This document shows, one piece after another, positions 40,435-50,549 of a stretch of DNA of 64,000 nt. The stretch's first letter is position 1. Each line of letters begins with the position of its first letter. The notes under the pieces were generated by a model. It was given only the letters and a program-made list of their open reading frames with translations, was not told the DNA's origin and did no database searches. The position numbers were made by a program, and so were the translations under genes. The DNA comes from Alphaproteobacteria bacterium (GTDB taxonomy: Bacteria; Pseudomonadota; Alphaproteobacteria; MPNO01; UBA830), in NCBI GenBank assembly GCA_965243135.1, contig OZ251539.1, positions 2,368,001 through 2,432,000 on the forward strand, in the 5' to 3' direction.

Positions 40435-41403
40435 ATGAACTATCTGAAATTCGTTCTGGGCGCGGCCGTCGGCGTTGCGTTCGCGGCCTCGGCGTCGGCG
40501 CAGACCGTCGGCATCGGCGCCACCAAGGCAGGCGCCGTTTCGCAGATCACGGCGACGATATCCAAAGCGGTCTCCGAACACGGCGACGGCCTGCAGATGC
40601 GCAAGCAGACCATGGGCGGCACGCAGCAATACATTCCGGTCGTCAATGCCGGCGAAATCGAGTTCGGAATTTCCAACATGGCCCAATACCACATGGCCAG
40701 AACCGGCACGGGGCTTTCCGAAGGCCAAAAATACGACAAGCTGCGCCTCGTCACGACGATGATGAAGTTCACCGTCAGCCCGGTCGTGCCCCTGGAGTCG
40801 GGCATCACGAAGGTTTCCCAGCTGAAGGGAACGCGGATGGCGGTCGGCTTCAAGGGGGCGCCGCTGTTCGTGAACCTCCACAACGGCACTCTCGCCACCG
40901 CCGGGTTGACTCCCGACGACATCAAGCCGGTTCCGCAGGTCGGCCTCGTCCAGCACTGGCGCGCCTTCATGGCCGGCAAGATCGACTGGGCCATCGCCGC
41001 CGCAGGCTCCGGTTTCGTCAAGCAGATGAACGCCAAGATCGCGGGCGGGGTGCGGCACTTGTCGCTCGACGACACGCCGGAGTCCCTGAAGAAAATGCAC
41101 ACGTGGTTCCCGAAATCGTACTACAGCACCGTCAATCCCGCCAAAGGCCTGACGGGCGTTACCGAGCCCACGGTGTTCATCACCTACGACTACCTGCTGT
41201 GGTCGAGCACGCACGTCTCCGACGAGATCGTCTACAAGGTCGCGAAGGTGATGCACAATCAGGCGAAGCAGCTGAAGGAAGGCGGCCCGCTGTGGCGGTC
41301 TTACGAAGCCGGCAAGCGCATGTCCAAACCGCAGGGCCATCCCTATCATCCGGGCGCGGCCAAGTACTACAAGGAAGTCGGCCTCTGGCAAGGCGCAAGC
41401 TGA
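40435..41403 (+). CDS. TAXI-family TRAP solute receptor
   Basis: Signal peptide, short PBP2 fold, C-terminal PYHPGAAKYYKEVGL; precedes a fused 4TM/12TM permease. Confidence 0.88.
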   Translation: MNYLKFVLGAAVGVAFAASASAQTVGIGATKAGAVSQITATISKAVSEHGDGLQMRKQTMGGTQQYIPVVNAGEIEFGISNMAQYHMARTGTGLSEGQKYDKLRLVTTMMKFTVSPVVPLESGITKVSQLKGTRMAVGFKGAPLFVNLHNGTLATAGLTPDDIKPVPQVGLVQHWRAFMAGKIDWAIAAAGSGFVKQMNAKIAGGVRHLSLDDTPESLKKMHTWFPKSYYSTVNPAKGLTGVTEPTVFITYDYLLWSSTHVSDEIVYKVAKVMHNQAKQLKEGGPLWRSYEAGKRMSKPQGHPYHPGAAKYYKEVGLWQGAS

Positions 41404-41415
41404 CCGACCGCTTCG

Positions 41416-41448
41416 AGTCGACCGCGCCCGGGGGCGCGGTCGACTTTT
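41416..41448 (+). terminator. Stem-loop/intrinsic terminator after the TAXI gene
   Basis: AGTCGACCGCGCCC...GGGCGCGGTCGACT long stem followed by a short T run. Confidence 0.55.
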
Positions 41449-41716
41449 CCGGCGCAACCGCCCCCTGGAACGCCGGGCGGATAACGTTGCCTCGGCCGGT
41501 CGCCAGTGATTCGCAACGCGAGAGCGGCGCAGCGCGTCTTGCGGCGCGGCGCATGATCGCGACCTGAAGTCGGCGCTCGGCCGGCATCTCGTCGGACATG
41601 GGGGAAGACCGGACGGCTTCGTTCGTCCGGCGGCGGAAGCGTCAACCGGGGCGTCTCGGAGATCGCAGGAGATCGTCGCAGGTTTCGGAGAACGGCGACC
41701 GAAGGAGAACCTGACC

Positions 41717-43681
41717 GTGAACGGACGAACTGACGGCGGCCGCAGCGCTTCCCTGCTCTCCCAGCGGAAGGAATCCGCGCTGATCACGCGCCTGTCGCTC
41801 GGTCTCGGCGCAATCATCACCGTTATCGCCGTTACCTGGTCGGTAGACCTCTGGCTTGAACTGGGCTTCGCGTGGTTCGACGAACAGGCGATGACGGCCT
41901 GCCTCGGCCTGACCCTGGGAATAATCTTCATCCGCTTCCCGGCGAGACCCGGAAAAGAGCGCATGTCGCTGCCCTGGTACGACGCGGTTCTCGCGGCGCT
42001 CGGCATCGGCAGCAGTTTCTACCTCGTCTACACGTACGGCGAGATCGAAGCCAATCCGTTCGCGATGCGGGAAAGGGCGTTCGGCATAAGCGTCATCCTG
42101 TTGCCGCTGGTTTGGGAGGCGTTGCGACGCACGACGGGCTGGAGCCTGACCATCGTGTTCAGTTTCTTTCTGGCCTACGCTTTCGTCGGGCACCTCATGC
42201 CGGGCATGCTCAAGGGCGTCGAACAGAACAACGTGCGGCTGATCGCCGAACTGGGCGTAACGAACGTCGCGCTGCTCGGCCTGCCCCTGAAGATCATCGT
42301 GCTGACCGTCGTGCTGTTCATCTGGATGGGGCAACTGCTTCTGCACACCGGCGCGTCCGAATGGTTCACCGATTTCGCCGCCGCCGTGATGGGGCGTTCC
42401 CGCGGCGGCTCCGCCAAGATCGCCGTCGTGGCGTCGGGTTTGTTCGGCTCGATCTCGGGATCGGCCGTGTCCAACGTCGCGTCGACCGGCGTGATCACGA
42501 TACCGCTGATGCGCCAGGCCGGCTACGACGCCAGGAGCGCCGGCGCGATCGAGGCGGTCGCCTCCACCGGCGGTCAGATCATGCCGCCGATCATGGGCGC
42601 GGCGGCGTTCCTGATGGCGGAACTCCTGGAGCTCGAATACACGGAGGTCATTCTCGCGGCGCTTCTGCCGTCCGTGCTTTACTACCTCGCCGTCTTCGTC
42701 CAGGCCGACCTCGAGGCGGCGAAGAACGGCATCGCGCCCCTCCCGAAGGACCGCATACCGCCGATCCTGCGCGTCGCGAAGGAAGGCTGGTTCTTCACGT
42801 TGCCTTACGTCGTGCTCATCTACACCCTGTTCTGGATGAACATGCCGCCGCAACAGTCGGCATTCTGGGCGGCGGTGACGGTGGCCGTCGTCAGCGTGGT
42901 CTTCGCCTACAAGAAGCACCGGATCACTCCGGCGCAGCTCTGGGATTCCATCGCCGGCTGCGGGCGCGCCGCCGCCGACATCGTCGTCATCGGCGCGATG
43001 GCGGGGATCATCATCGCCATACTCGACCGCACGGGCCTCGGGCAGGCGCTTACGCTAATTCTCGCCTCGGTCGGCGAAGGCAGCCTGGTGCTGTTGCTTA
43101 TCCTGACGGCAATAGTCTCGATCCTGCTCGGCATGGGAATGCCGACGTCGGCGATCTACCTGCTGCTGGCCACGATGATCGCGCCGTCTCTGATCAAGCT
43201 GGGGATCCACCCGATCGCGGCGCACATGTTCGTGCTGTATTTCGGGCTGATGTCGATGATAACGCCGCCCGTGGCGATCGCCGCATTCGCGGCGGCGTCC
43301 CTCGCTGGTTCGAAGCCGATGGAAACCGGCGCGACGGCAGTGCGGCTCGGCTGGATCGCCTACGTGATCCCGTTCGTATTCGTGCTTTCTCCGGCTCTGA
43401 TCGGCCAAGGCACCGCTTTCGAAATCGTTTCGGCGGCGGCGACGGCCATTATCGGCGTATGGATCGCGTCCTGCGGTTTGATCGGCCACATGTTCGGGCC
43501 CCTCACCCCTCTCGCCCGGGCCCTCTTCTTCGTCGCCGGAATGCTGCTTCTGCTGCCCGCGGACGCGCTGCCCAACGGGCTGCTGATCAATGCCGCCGGC
43601 TTCGGTCTCGGAGCATTGCTGACGACCAGGAATTATCTGGCGAACAAGCGCGGAGAAATCCGGGCGGCGACCGGCGAATAG
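41717..43681 (+). CDS. TRAP transporter fused 4TM/12TM permease
   Basis: GRSRGGSAKIAVVAS.LFGSISGSAVSNV, EAVASTGGQIMPPIMGAAAF, LGMGMPT, TPPVA. Confidence 0.93.
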   Translation: MNGRTDGGRSASLLSQRKESALITRLSLGLGAIITVIAVTWSVDLWLELGFAWFDEQAMTACLGLTLGIIFIRFPARPGKERMSLPWYDAVLAALGIGSSFYLVYTYGEIEANPFAMRERAFGISVILLPLVWEALRRTTGWSLTIVFSFFLAYAFVGHLMPGMLKGVEQNNVRLIAELGVTNVALLGLPLKIIVLTVVLFIWMGQLLLHTGASEWFTDFAAAVMGRSRGGSAKIAVVASGLFGSISGSAVSNVASTGVITIPLMRQAGYDARSAGAIEAVASTGGQIMPPIMGAAAFLMAELLELEYTEVILAALLPSVLYYLAVFVQADLEAAKNGIAPLPKDRIPPILRVAKEGWFFTLPYVVLIYTLFWMNMPPQQSAFWAAVTVAVVSVVFAYKKHRITPAQLWDSIAGCGRAAADIVVIGAMAGIIIAILDRTGLGQALTLILASVGEGSLVLLLILTAIVSILLGMGMPTSAIYLLLATMIAPSLIKLGIHPIAAHMFVLYFGLMSMITPPVAIAAFAAASLAGSKPMETGATAVRLGWIAYVIPFVFVLSPALIGQGTAFEIVSAAATAIIGVWIASCGLIGHMFGPLTPLARALFFVAGMLLLLPADALPNGLLINAAGFGLGALLTTRNYLANKRGEIRAATGE

Positions 43682-44033
43682 CTTTTTTCCCGAAGGCGCA
43701 GAGAATCCCCTCCGTCGGCGGCGGCAAGGAGTTTTCCGCTGGAACGATGGAAATTCTTTCGCTTTCGGTAGCTGCCCGAGCGGCGTCGCGAACGGGAAGT
43801 TCGAGCGACCGGCAGCGACGGAACGACCGCCTTCGCTTCCGTCGTCCCGAAGGGGACCAACGCCGGTCAGTTGCCCGTGGCGCTTCGCGGCCCCGCGCAG
43901 AGCGACCCCTCGCCTCGGAAAAGAGCGCCGCTCGCCGGCGTGGCGGGGGAACTTCGCGCGGTTGCCGGCCACTCGGAATTCCCTTGCCGCCGTCCGCGTG
44001 GTAAAAGTCCGACGAAACGGTCGGAGGAGCTGA

Positions 44034-44522
44034 ATGAACCCGTCTTCCGCGATTTCCGGACCGCCCTCCTTTGACGGTCTTGATCATGTGAGCGTGCCGT
44101 GCCGCGATCTCGAAGAGGGCATTCGGTTCTACCGCGACGTCCTCGGCGGCGAGATCGTCGTGCAAGAAGCGGCTTTCGCGCTGTTCGACATCGGCGGCGC
44201 GCATGTCGGCATTGGTTCGGTCGGCTGCACCTTCATCGAACCCGGGAACGAATACCCGCATATCGGTCTGACCTGCAGCGCGGAAACCCTTGTCGGGATG
44301 AAGGCGTGGCTCGCCGCCTGCGAAATTCCGTCCAGCAACTTCTGGACGCGGGGCGGCGTCGAGGCGATGATGTTTTTCCGCGACCCTTCCGGCAACGTGA
44401 TCGAACTTTACTGTCATGAAGGCTACGCCGGAGCGGCGGATCTTCCCCGCGGTCCGGCGCGCGGCCATGGCACGGCGGTCGATATCGACGCCATCGCCTA
44501 TGACGATTGGCGGCTGCCTTGA
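44034..44522 (+). CDS. VOC/glyoxalase family protein
   Basis: GLDHVSVPCRDLEEGIRFYRDVLG..PHIGL..FFRDPSGNVIEL. Confidence 0.9.
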   Translation: MNPSSAISGPPSFDGLDHVSVPCRDLEEGIRFYRDVLGGEIVVQEAAFALFDIGGAHVGIGSVGCTFIEPGNEYPHIGLTCSAETLVGMKAWLAACEIPSSNFWTRGGVEAMMFFRDPSGNVIELYCHEGYAGAADLPRGPARGHGTAVDIDAIAYDDWRLP

Positions 44523-44920
44523 CCCGCGAGACGCTGTCGCCGTCGCAATTTCGGATGCCGCCGAGCTTGAACCGTCCCGAAACGTCGGGAGGCGTGAACT
44601 TCTAACGGCCGGCCCTCTCCACCCACGGCGGCGCTCCGCAACCTTTCGGTCGAGTCGGGATCGTCGAGGTCCGGACGCTCCCCGCAAGCGTCGGCGCCTC
44701 CCTTCTCCGAGCGGCGCCGTCAAGCGATCGTCCCGACGACCGGCGAGTGCGGAACTCGGGTCGCCATGCCGTTGCCGTCGAAAGCCGCTGCACGGCAACG
44801 GCCTGCATCGCGAAAGGAAACGCCCGGAGCGAGCGTCTTCCCGCCGGAAACGGCGGCGGCGCAACCGGCCGCCGACGCCCGCAAGGACGGGGCGGCCCGA
44901 AAGCCGCCCCGAAACGCCCC

Positions 44921-46000
44921 CTACGACCCGAGAGGCTTGAACTTGTAGCGATACGGCCAGCGGTGCCCTGCTTCCTCCATGTAGGTCATGTATTTTTCCA
45001 TGATCGCCGGACCGTCGATCCCATAGCCCTTGGCGATGTCGTGAGCCCGCTCGTTCGGCCAGTCCTTGAGCGCCTCCGCCCACTTCGCCTGCTGCTCGAC
45101 CGGAAGCGTCGAAACCTTGGCTCCCGCCTTCTTCAGCTTCTCGAGACCGATCATCTCGCTGTTGTAGGCGTCGAGCGTCGCCGCCGTCTCGTAGCCCTTG
45201 CCCGCCTCGTCGATGATCTTCAGCACGTCGGCCGGCAGCTTCTTCCGCGTGTCGTGATTCATCGTCAGGATCGTCTGGGCCATGGCGCCGAGATTGGTCA
45301 CCTTGAAATAAGGCGCCGGCTCGTGGAACTTGAAGCCGAAATACACCCCGGGGAACATGATGAACCCTTGGGCCACGCCGGTCGCCAGCGCGTTGTAGGC
45401 GGTCGGCAACGTCGTCGTGACGGGGATCGCGCCGAAGCGCTCCACCCACGGCAGGTTCGGGCCGGCCGCGATGATCTTCTTGCCTTTGAGCTGGTTCACG
45501 TCGTTCCACTCGAACTTGGTGCCGAGCCCATAGTTGTCGAAGCCCGTGAGGGCGATCAGCTTCTGGTTGTACTTCTTGTCGAGCATGTCGTAGAGCTCGG
45601 GATGCTCCGCCATGACCCGCAGCTTGACCTCCAGCTGCTTGCGGATGTCGCCGGTGGTGAACGGCGTGAAGTAGTCGAAGTTCATCGGCAGCATCTTCGC
45701 GCTCTCGAAGCAGACGCACCAGCCGCCGATGTCGAGGAGGCCCTTTTCGACCGCCTCCAGCGTCTCGTGCACCTTCGCGATCTTGCCGGCGTAGGCGTGA
45801 ATGATGCGCACCTTGTGCCCGGTTTCGGCCGCGACGCGCTTCGTGATCTCGTCGGCGAGATAATGCTCCATGTTTCGGACGTAGGGAGTCGGCTTGCTGG
45901 GATGGCCCGATCCGAAACGCAGAAGGAAGGTATCGGCGTTCGAGGGCGCGGCGACCGCGCCGGCCATCGACGCGGCAACGACCGCGGTAAGCTTGATCAT
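44921..46000 (-). CDS. dctP: TRAP transporter substrate-binding protein
   Basis: Signal peptide from MIKLT; ETLEAVEKGLLDIG, YNALATGVAQG. Confidence 0.88.
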   Translation of the reverse strand: MIKLTAVVAASMAGAVAAPSNADTFLLRFGSGHPSKPTPYVRNMEHYLADEITKRVAAETGHKVRIIHAYAGKIAKVHETLEAVEKGLLDIGGWCVCFESAKMLPMNFDYFTPFTTGDIRKQLEVKLRVMAEHPELYDMLDKKYNQKLIALTGFDNYGLGTKFEWNDVNQLKGKKIIAAGPNLPWVERFGAIPVTTTLPTAYNALATGVAQGFIMFPGVYFGFKFHEPAPYFKVTNLGAMAQTILTMNHDTRKKLPADVLKIIDEAGKGYETAATLDAYNSEMIGLEKLKKAGAKVSTLPVEQQAKWAEALKDWPNERAHDIAKGYGIDGPAIMEKYMTYMEEAGHRWPYRYKFKPLGS

Positions 46001-46095
46001 GGGTTTCAAGGTCTTTCCTTTCGGATTGGTTTCGATTGACAACTATCACATGCGAAAAAGCGCCGAAAGCCCGGTCGCCCGCGCCGCCGGGCAGG

Positions 46096-47406
46096 TCACA
46101 CGAAACCGGTCAACCAGCTGGCGACCGGCGGAAACGCCCAGATCAGGGCCGCCGTCGCCAGCATCAGCAGCCAGTAGGGGATCGATCCCCTGAAGATCTC
46201 GGCCAGGCTCACGGCCGCGTCCGGAACGGCTCCTTTCACGACGTACACAACCAGCCCGAAAGGCGGCGTGAGCAGGCCGGCTTCGATCAGCAGAATGCCG
46301 AAGATCGCGAACGCGAAGCCGTCCATGCCGATCAGCGGCGCGAACGTCGCGAAGATCGGGACGGTCAGCAGAATGATGGAGATCGAATCCAGAACCATGC
46401 CCAGCAGGAGCCAGATCACGATCATCATGATCGCGATCCCGAAGCCGCCGATGCCCAGCGACAGCAGCGAATCCTTGATGATCGACTGGATGTCCGCGAG
46501 AGCCAGAAAGCGGGAATACATTCCGGCGGCGACGAGCAGGATCATGATCGGCGCGGACGTCTTGCCCGCGTCGACGACGGCCTCGACGATTCCCTTCAGG
46601 CGGAGCCCCTTGACGATCGCGAGAAGCATCGCGGCGAGCGCGCCGATGCCGGCGGCCTCGGTGGCGGTGAACGCCCCGCCCCATATGCCGCCGAGAACGA
46701 CGCAGACGATCAGCGCGACGCCTACGGCCGAAACGATCTCGCTTCGGGTCAAGCTTTCCTCGCTCTGCGCCTGCGGCTCCGCCGGAGCGACGTCCGGATT
46801 CCGCACCGCCACCGTCACCGCGTAGAACACGAACAGCAGCGACAGCACGATTCCGGGCACGACCCCGGCCACGAACAGCTTGCCGATCGATTGTTCCGTG
46901 ATGATGCCCCAGACGATCAGCAAGACGCTCGGGGGAATCAGCATTCCAAGGCAGGCCGACCCGGCGATGGATCCCAGAGCGAATTCCCGCTTGTAACGAA
47001 ACCGCGTCATCTCGGGATAGGCGATCCTGCTGAACGCCGCCGCGGAGGCGATCGAGGTTCCGGTCACGGCCGCGAACGCCGCGTTTCCCGCGACCGTGGC
47101 GACGGCGAGGCGTCCGGGTATCCTGCGAAGTCCGCGATTGATCACTTTGTACAAGTCGCCCGCCGCCCCGCACTTGGCCACGAAATCCCCCATCAACACG
47201 AACAGCGGGATCGTCGCGAACACGTAGTGCCGAACCAGTTCGTAGGCCGCGCCGCCGACCTGGGCCGACGCCAGGTACATGTCCTCGAAGATGAAGTAGG
47301 TGCCGATCATCGCCGTCAGCCCGAGCGCCAGGGCGATGTGGACCCCCGCGAAAATCGCGACCAGCATGCCGACGAGCGTCAGCGCCATGAGAGCGTTCAG
47401 GTCCAT
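46096..47406 (-). CDS. dctM: TRAP transporter large permease
   Basis: IPLFVLMG, LGMLIPPS, FTATEAA, LTPPFG. Confidence 0.92.
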   Translation of the reverse strand: MDLNALMALTLVGMLVAIFAGVHIALALGLTAMIGTYFIFEDMYLASAQVGGAAYELVRHYVFATIPLFVLMGDFVAKCGAAGDLYKVINRGLRRIPGRLAVATVAGNAAFAAVTGTSIASAAAFSRIAYPEMTRFRYKREFALGSIAGSACLGMLIPPSVLLIVWGIITEQSIGKLFVAGVVPGIVLSLLFVFYAVTVAVRNPDVAPAEPQAQSEESLTRSEIVSAVGVALIVCVVLGGIWGGAFTATEAAGIGALAAMLLAIVKGLRLKGIVEAVVDAGKTSAPIMILLVAAGMYSRFLALADIQSIIKDSLLSLGIGGFGIAIMMIVIWLLLGMVLDSISIILLTVPIFATFAPLIGMDGFAFAIFGILLIEAGLLTPPFGLVVYVVKGAVPDAAVSLAEIFRGSIPYWLLMLATAALIWAFPPVASWLTGFV

Positions 47407-47440
47407 TCATGCACTCCGTCGAACGCCGCCGCCGACGGCT

Positions 47441-47965
47441 TCAGATGCCCTCCGCGGCTTCCGAAGCCTTCCGCTGCGCGCCGGGCGTCGGGTCGGCTCC
47501 TCTCGCCGCCTGCAGGAGAAGCACGAAATAGATCAGCGTGATGAGCGCGGCGGCCGCGATGATGATGGTGCGAACGGGATAGACGGGGACTTCCAGCGCC
47601 CCGATTCCCTGGTATTCGCCGATCTCCCAGCCCTTGACCATATCGCTCCATCCCCCCACCGCGATGCCGATGAAGAGCGCCATGCCGAGCAGATAGGCCA
47701 CGGCGTTGACGACGTGCCGCCAGCGCTTGCCGAGGTGTTCGAACACGATGTAGGTGCGCAGCATGCTGCCCGAGAGAATCGCGAGCGGCACCTGCAGGAA
47801 CACGATGGCGGGAACGGAATTCGTCACGATTTCGTCGCCGCCGAGAAAAGCGTTGAACACGCCGCGGCTCGTGACCTCGACGAAGATCACGACCGCGATC
47901 AGCATCAGCCAACCGGCTGCGACGTAGTTCAGCCATGTGCAGAATCGTTCGAGCGCCGAATGCAT
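47441..47965 (-). CDS. dctQ: TRAP transporter small permease
   Basis: 174 aa, four hydrophobic segments, upstream of dctM. Confidence 0.85.
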   Translation of the reverse strand: MHSALERFCTWLNYVAAGWLMLIAVVIFVEVTSRGVFNAFLGGDEIVTNSVPAIVFLQVPLAILSGSMLRTYIVFEHLGKRWRHVVNAVAYLLGMALFIGIAVGGWSDMVKGWEIGEYQGIGALEVPVYPVRTIIIAAAALITLIYFVLLLQAARGADPTPGAQRKASEAAEGI

Positions 47966-48065
47966 GATCTCGTCTCTCCGCTCTACGGAACCGCCGGTCT
48001 CGGCCGGCGTTCGGCGAACGCCGACGGCCGCGCCGCGCGGCGGCGTCCGGGCCGCGGCAACGCCA

Positions 48066-48410
48066 TCACGGCGTCTGCCGAGCGTTCTCCGGAACGTTCC
48101 AACCGCGCCTGGTCGCGGGGCGGTCGAGCGTACACCGGCGGCGAACGTTGGGATAATCGTCGACGGTCCGCCAGTCGAACCGCGCGACCCGCGGCCAGAA
48201 CCTGCCCGCCTTCTCGGCGAGGTGCATGGGGCCCGGCTCCATCAACGATTTGCCGTCGTCGACGATGGCGCGGATCTTGTCGTTGGGGCTGAGGAACCCC
48301 GGAGCGCACCGCTCGTCCTTCGCGATGTTGACCGCGGCGTAACCGCATTCCTCCAGCATGATGGAAATCTTGCGGCCGTTCGGCGCGCGCCAAGCGTAGA
48401 GATCGATCAC
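48066..48410 (-). pseudogene. Glutathione S-transferase (YfcG/YghU-like) with internal deletions
   Basis: MIDLYAWRAPNGRKISIMLEECG..FLSPNDKI.AIVD..LAEKAGRFWP is joined directly to the C-terminal RVARFDW..DYPNVRR..RPATRRGW. Only 114 aa, roughly half a normal GST. Confidence 0.85.
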
Positions 48411-48429
48411 TTCGCCATCCGGTACGGTT

Positions 48430-48888
48430 TCACGACGGCAGTTCCGCCGCCGTTACTTCGGCCTCGACGTCCCGCGCTTCCGCGGCGGCGAAGTTCAGCT
48501 CGATCTTGACGCCGTTCGGATCCATGAGAAACAGTTGGAACAACCCTTGATCGTCGACCTGCCGGGTTGCGTAGGCGACGCCCTTCGCGTCGAGATCGGC
48601 CATCATTCCGGCAAGGCCGGTCGCCCGGAACGCGATGTGGTCGACCACGCCGGAGCCGCGCGTCGCCGTCGACTGCTGTCCCAGATACTTCTTCCGGTTT
48701 TCGTCGACGGCATCGCCGCCGACGGTGAGATGGAGAACCGCCTCGCCGCCAAGATACAGCCAGCGCACCGGAAACCTGAAGTCGGGATGCGGACCCTCCG
48801 TCATTCCCAGAACGTCGACGTACCAATCCCGGGTTCCGTCGAGATCGCCGGTCTGAATGAGAAAATGTTCAAGATGAGACAGGGGCAT
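48430..48888 (-). CDS. VOC/glyoxalase family protein
   Basis: LEHFLIQTGDLDGTRDWYVDVLG..VDHIAF..QLFLMDPNGVKIELNF. Confidence 0.9.
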   Translation of the reverse strand: MPLSHLEHFLIQTGDLDGTRDWYVDVLGMTEGPHPDFRFPVRWLYLGGEAVLHLTVGGDAVDENRKKYLGQQSTATRGSGVVDHIAFRATGLAGMMADLDAKGVAYATRQVDDQGLFQLFLMDPNGVKIELNFAAAEARDVEAEVTAAELPS

Positions 48889-49006
48889 CGACGCCTCGGT
48901 GCGCAGGTGACCTCAGACTACAGCAACCGGCGGACCGGTCAAATCTTTTCGCCGCGGCGTCCGGTCGGCTATATCTTCCGTCACGGAACCACAGGGAGGC
49001 CGACGG

Positions 49007-49318
49007 ATGACCGCTTACTGGCTGGCTCGCGCGAAGATCAACGATTTCGACGAATACATGAAATACGCGACCAAGGTCCCCGCCATCCTCGAAAAATACA
49101 ACGGCAAGATCCTGACGCGAGGCGGCAACCACAAGACGCTCGAGGGCCCCGACCGCTTCGAACGTTTCGTCGTGATCGAGTTTCCGTCGATGGCGGACGC
49201 GGAAGCCTGCTTCAATTCCGACGAGTACCGCGCCGCCGCGGCCTACCGCAGGCGCGGCGGCGTCGGCGAAAACGAACTCACGATCGTCGAGGCGGGCGAT
49301 CTCACTCCCGCCGCGTAG
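49007..49318 (+). CDS. DUF1330 domain protein
   Basis: MTAYW..Y..YNGKILTRGG..LEG..VVIEFPS..A..FNSDEY. Confidence 0.9.
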   Translation: MTAYWLARAKINDFDEYMKYATKVPAILEKYNGKILTRGGNHKTLEGPDRFERFVVIEFPSMADAEACFNSDEYRAAAAYRRRGGVGENELTIVEAGDLTPAA

Positions 49319-50024
49319 ATCCGGCCGGGCTTGCGCCGTTCTCGACGTCTTGAAATACGAACTACTTTCAAGAGCGCCGATTTACCCCGATTCGGTCGCG
49401 GAAAACTGCGAAATCTCCGCGCCGGCCGTTCTCGCGGACGCTGCCCCGCTCCGCGACCGGTCGGGTTCAACGCCGAGAGAATGGCGCGGTCCTGGCCGGA
49501 AACGCGTCCCCAAGAGGTAGCGGCGCCGTCCTCGTAGGCCGGAGGGGCATCCGGCCCGCGGCCATCTCCGCTTCGAAGCGCGCTGCGCTCTCGTCCCGCA
49601 GGCGCGCGAGACCGCTCCCCGCGCCGCCGATAGGCTCACCGACAAGCCCCGGCGGTCCGCGCCGGGGCGACTCTCGCGCCGCCAGTCACCGACCCGACGT
49701 TTCCAGGGTCAGGCGGCGGCCTGCCCACGGCAACCGGCCGCCGCGTTCCGGACCGGCGCAGTCCACGCCGCACTAAGGAAGACTTCTTCGCCCGTCGGCG
49801 AAACCCGTTCGCCGACCCCCGAGACGCGAGGTCTCCGCGCCCTGACGGCGAGGGCGGCGAAACGCTCGGACAGCAAGAGCAAGGACCGTAGCGGCGCAAG
49901 ACCGCGACGGTGCGCCGGGCGCCGCCGCAGCGACGCGACGGACATGCCGGGATCTTTCAGGGCGACAAGCGGCCGTAGTTCGCAACCGAACGCGAGACGA
50001 TTTCACGGAGTCAAGCTTCGCGCG

Positions 50025-50549
50025 CTATTCCACCGATTCGGTCGGCAGCTTGGTCGGCGATTCGTTCCGGCGCGCGATAACGGTCTCGAACAGGTCGAAC
50101 TTGCCCTCGACGCGCGCTATGCGCTCGCTTAAATTCCGGATTTGCTCGTCAATTTGCTGAAATCGCTCGTCAACCTGACGGAATCGTTCGTCAATCTGCT
50201 GAAATCGTTCGTCAATCTGCTGAAATCGTTCGTCAACCTGACGGAATCGCTCGTCAACCTGACGGAATCGTTCGTCAACCTGCCGAAATCGCTCGTTCAT
50301 CTGGGCGGTCAGTTGCCGGAACCGTTCATCCATACGTTCGTTCAGCTGCCGGTATTGCTCGTTCATCTGCCCGGTCAACTGCCCGGTCAACTGCAGGAAC
50401 CGGTCATTCGTCCGCCGATCCTGTTCGTCCATGCGCGCGGCAAGGGCGTCGATACGGTTGTCGAGCCTGTGCCCCTGCTGAAGCACCAACCCTGCAAGGG
50501 CTGCGCCGACCGCAAGAATGGCGATAAGTTCGGAAGAGAACCGTTTCAT
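50025..50549 (-). CDS. Membrane-anchored coiled-coil heptad-repeat protein
   Basis: N-terminal hydrophobic ELIAILAVGAALAGLVL, then ERF(R/Q)Q(V/I)D heptads, ending LSERIARVEG. Confidence 0.75.
   Translation of the reverse strand: MKRFSSELIAILAVGAALAGLVLQQGHRLDNRIDALAARMDEQDRRTNDRFLQLTGQLTGQMNEQYRQLNERMDERFRQLTAQMNERFRQVDERFRQVDERFRQVDERFQQIDERFQQIDERFRQVDERFQQIDEQIRNLSERIARVEGKFDLFETVIARRNESPTKLPTESVE
50145..50295. repeat. 21-bp coding tandem repeat (about 7 units)
   Basis: Units such as TCGTCAACCTGACGGAATCG(C/T) and TCGTCAATCTGCTGAAATCGT encode ERFRQVD/ERFQQID. Confidence 0.88.

Noticed and set aside
50145-50295. CRISPR array
   Set aside because: The 21-bp units are contiguous with no unique spacers and encode in-frame heptads; there are no cas genes.
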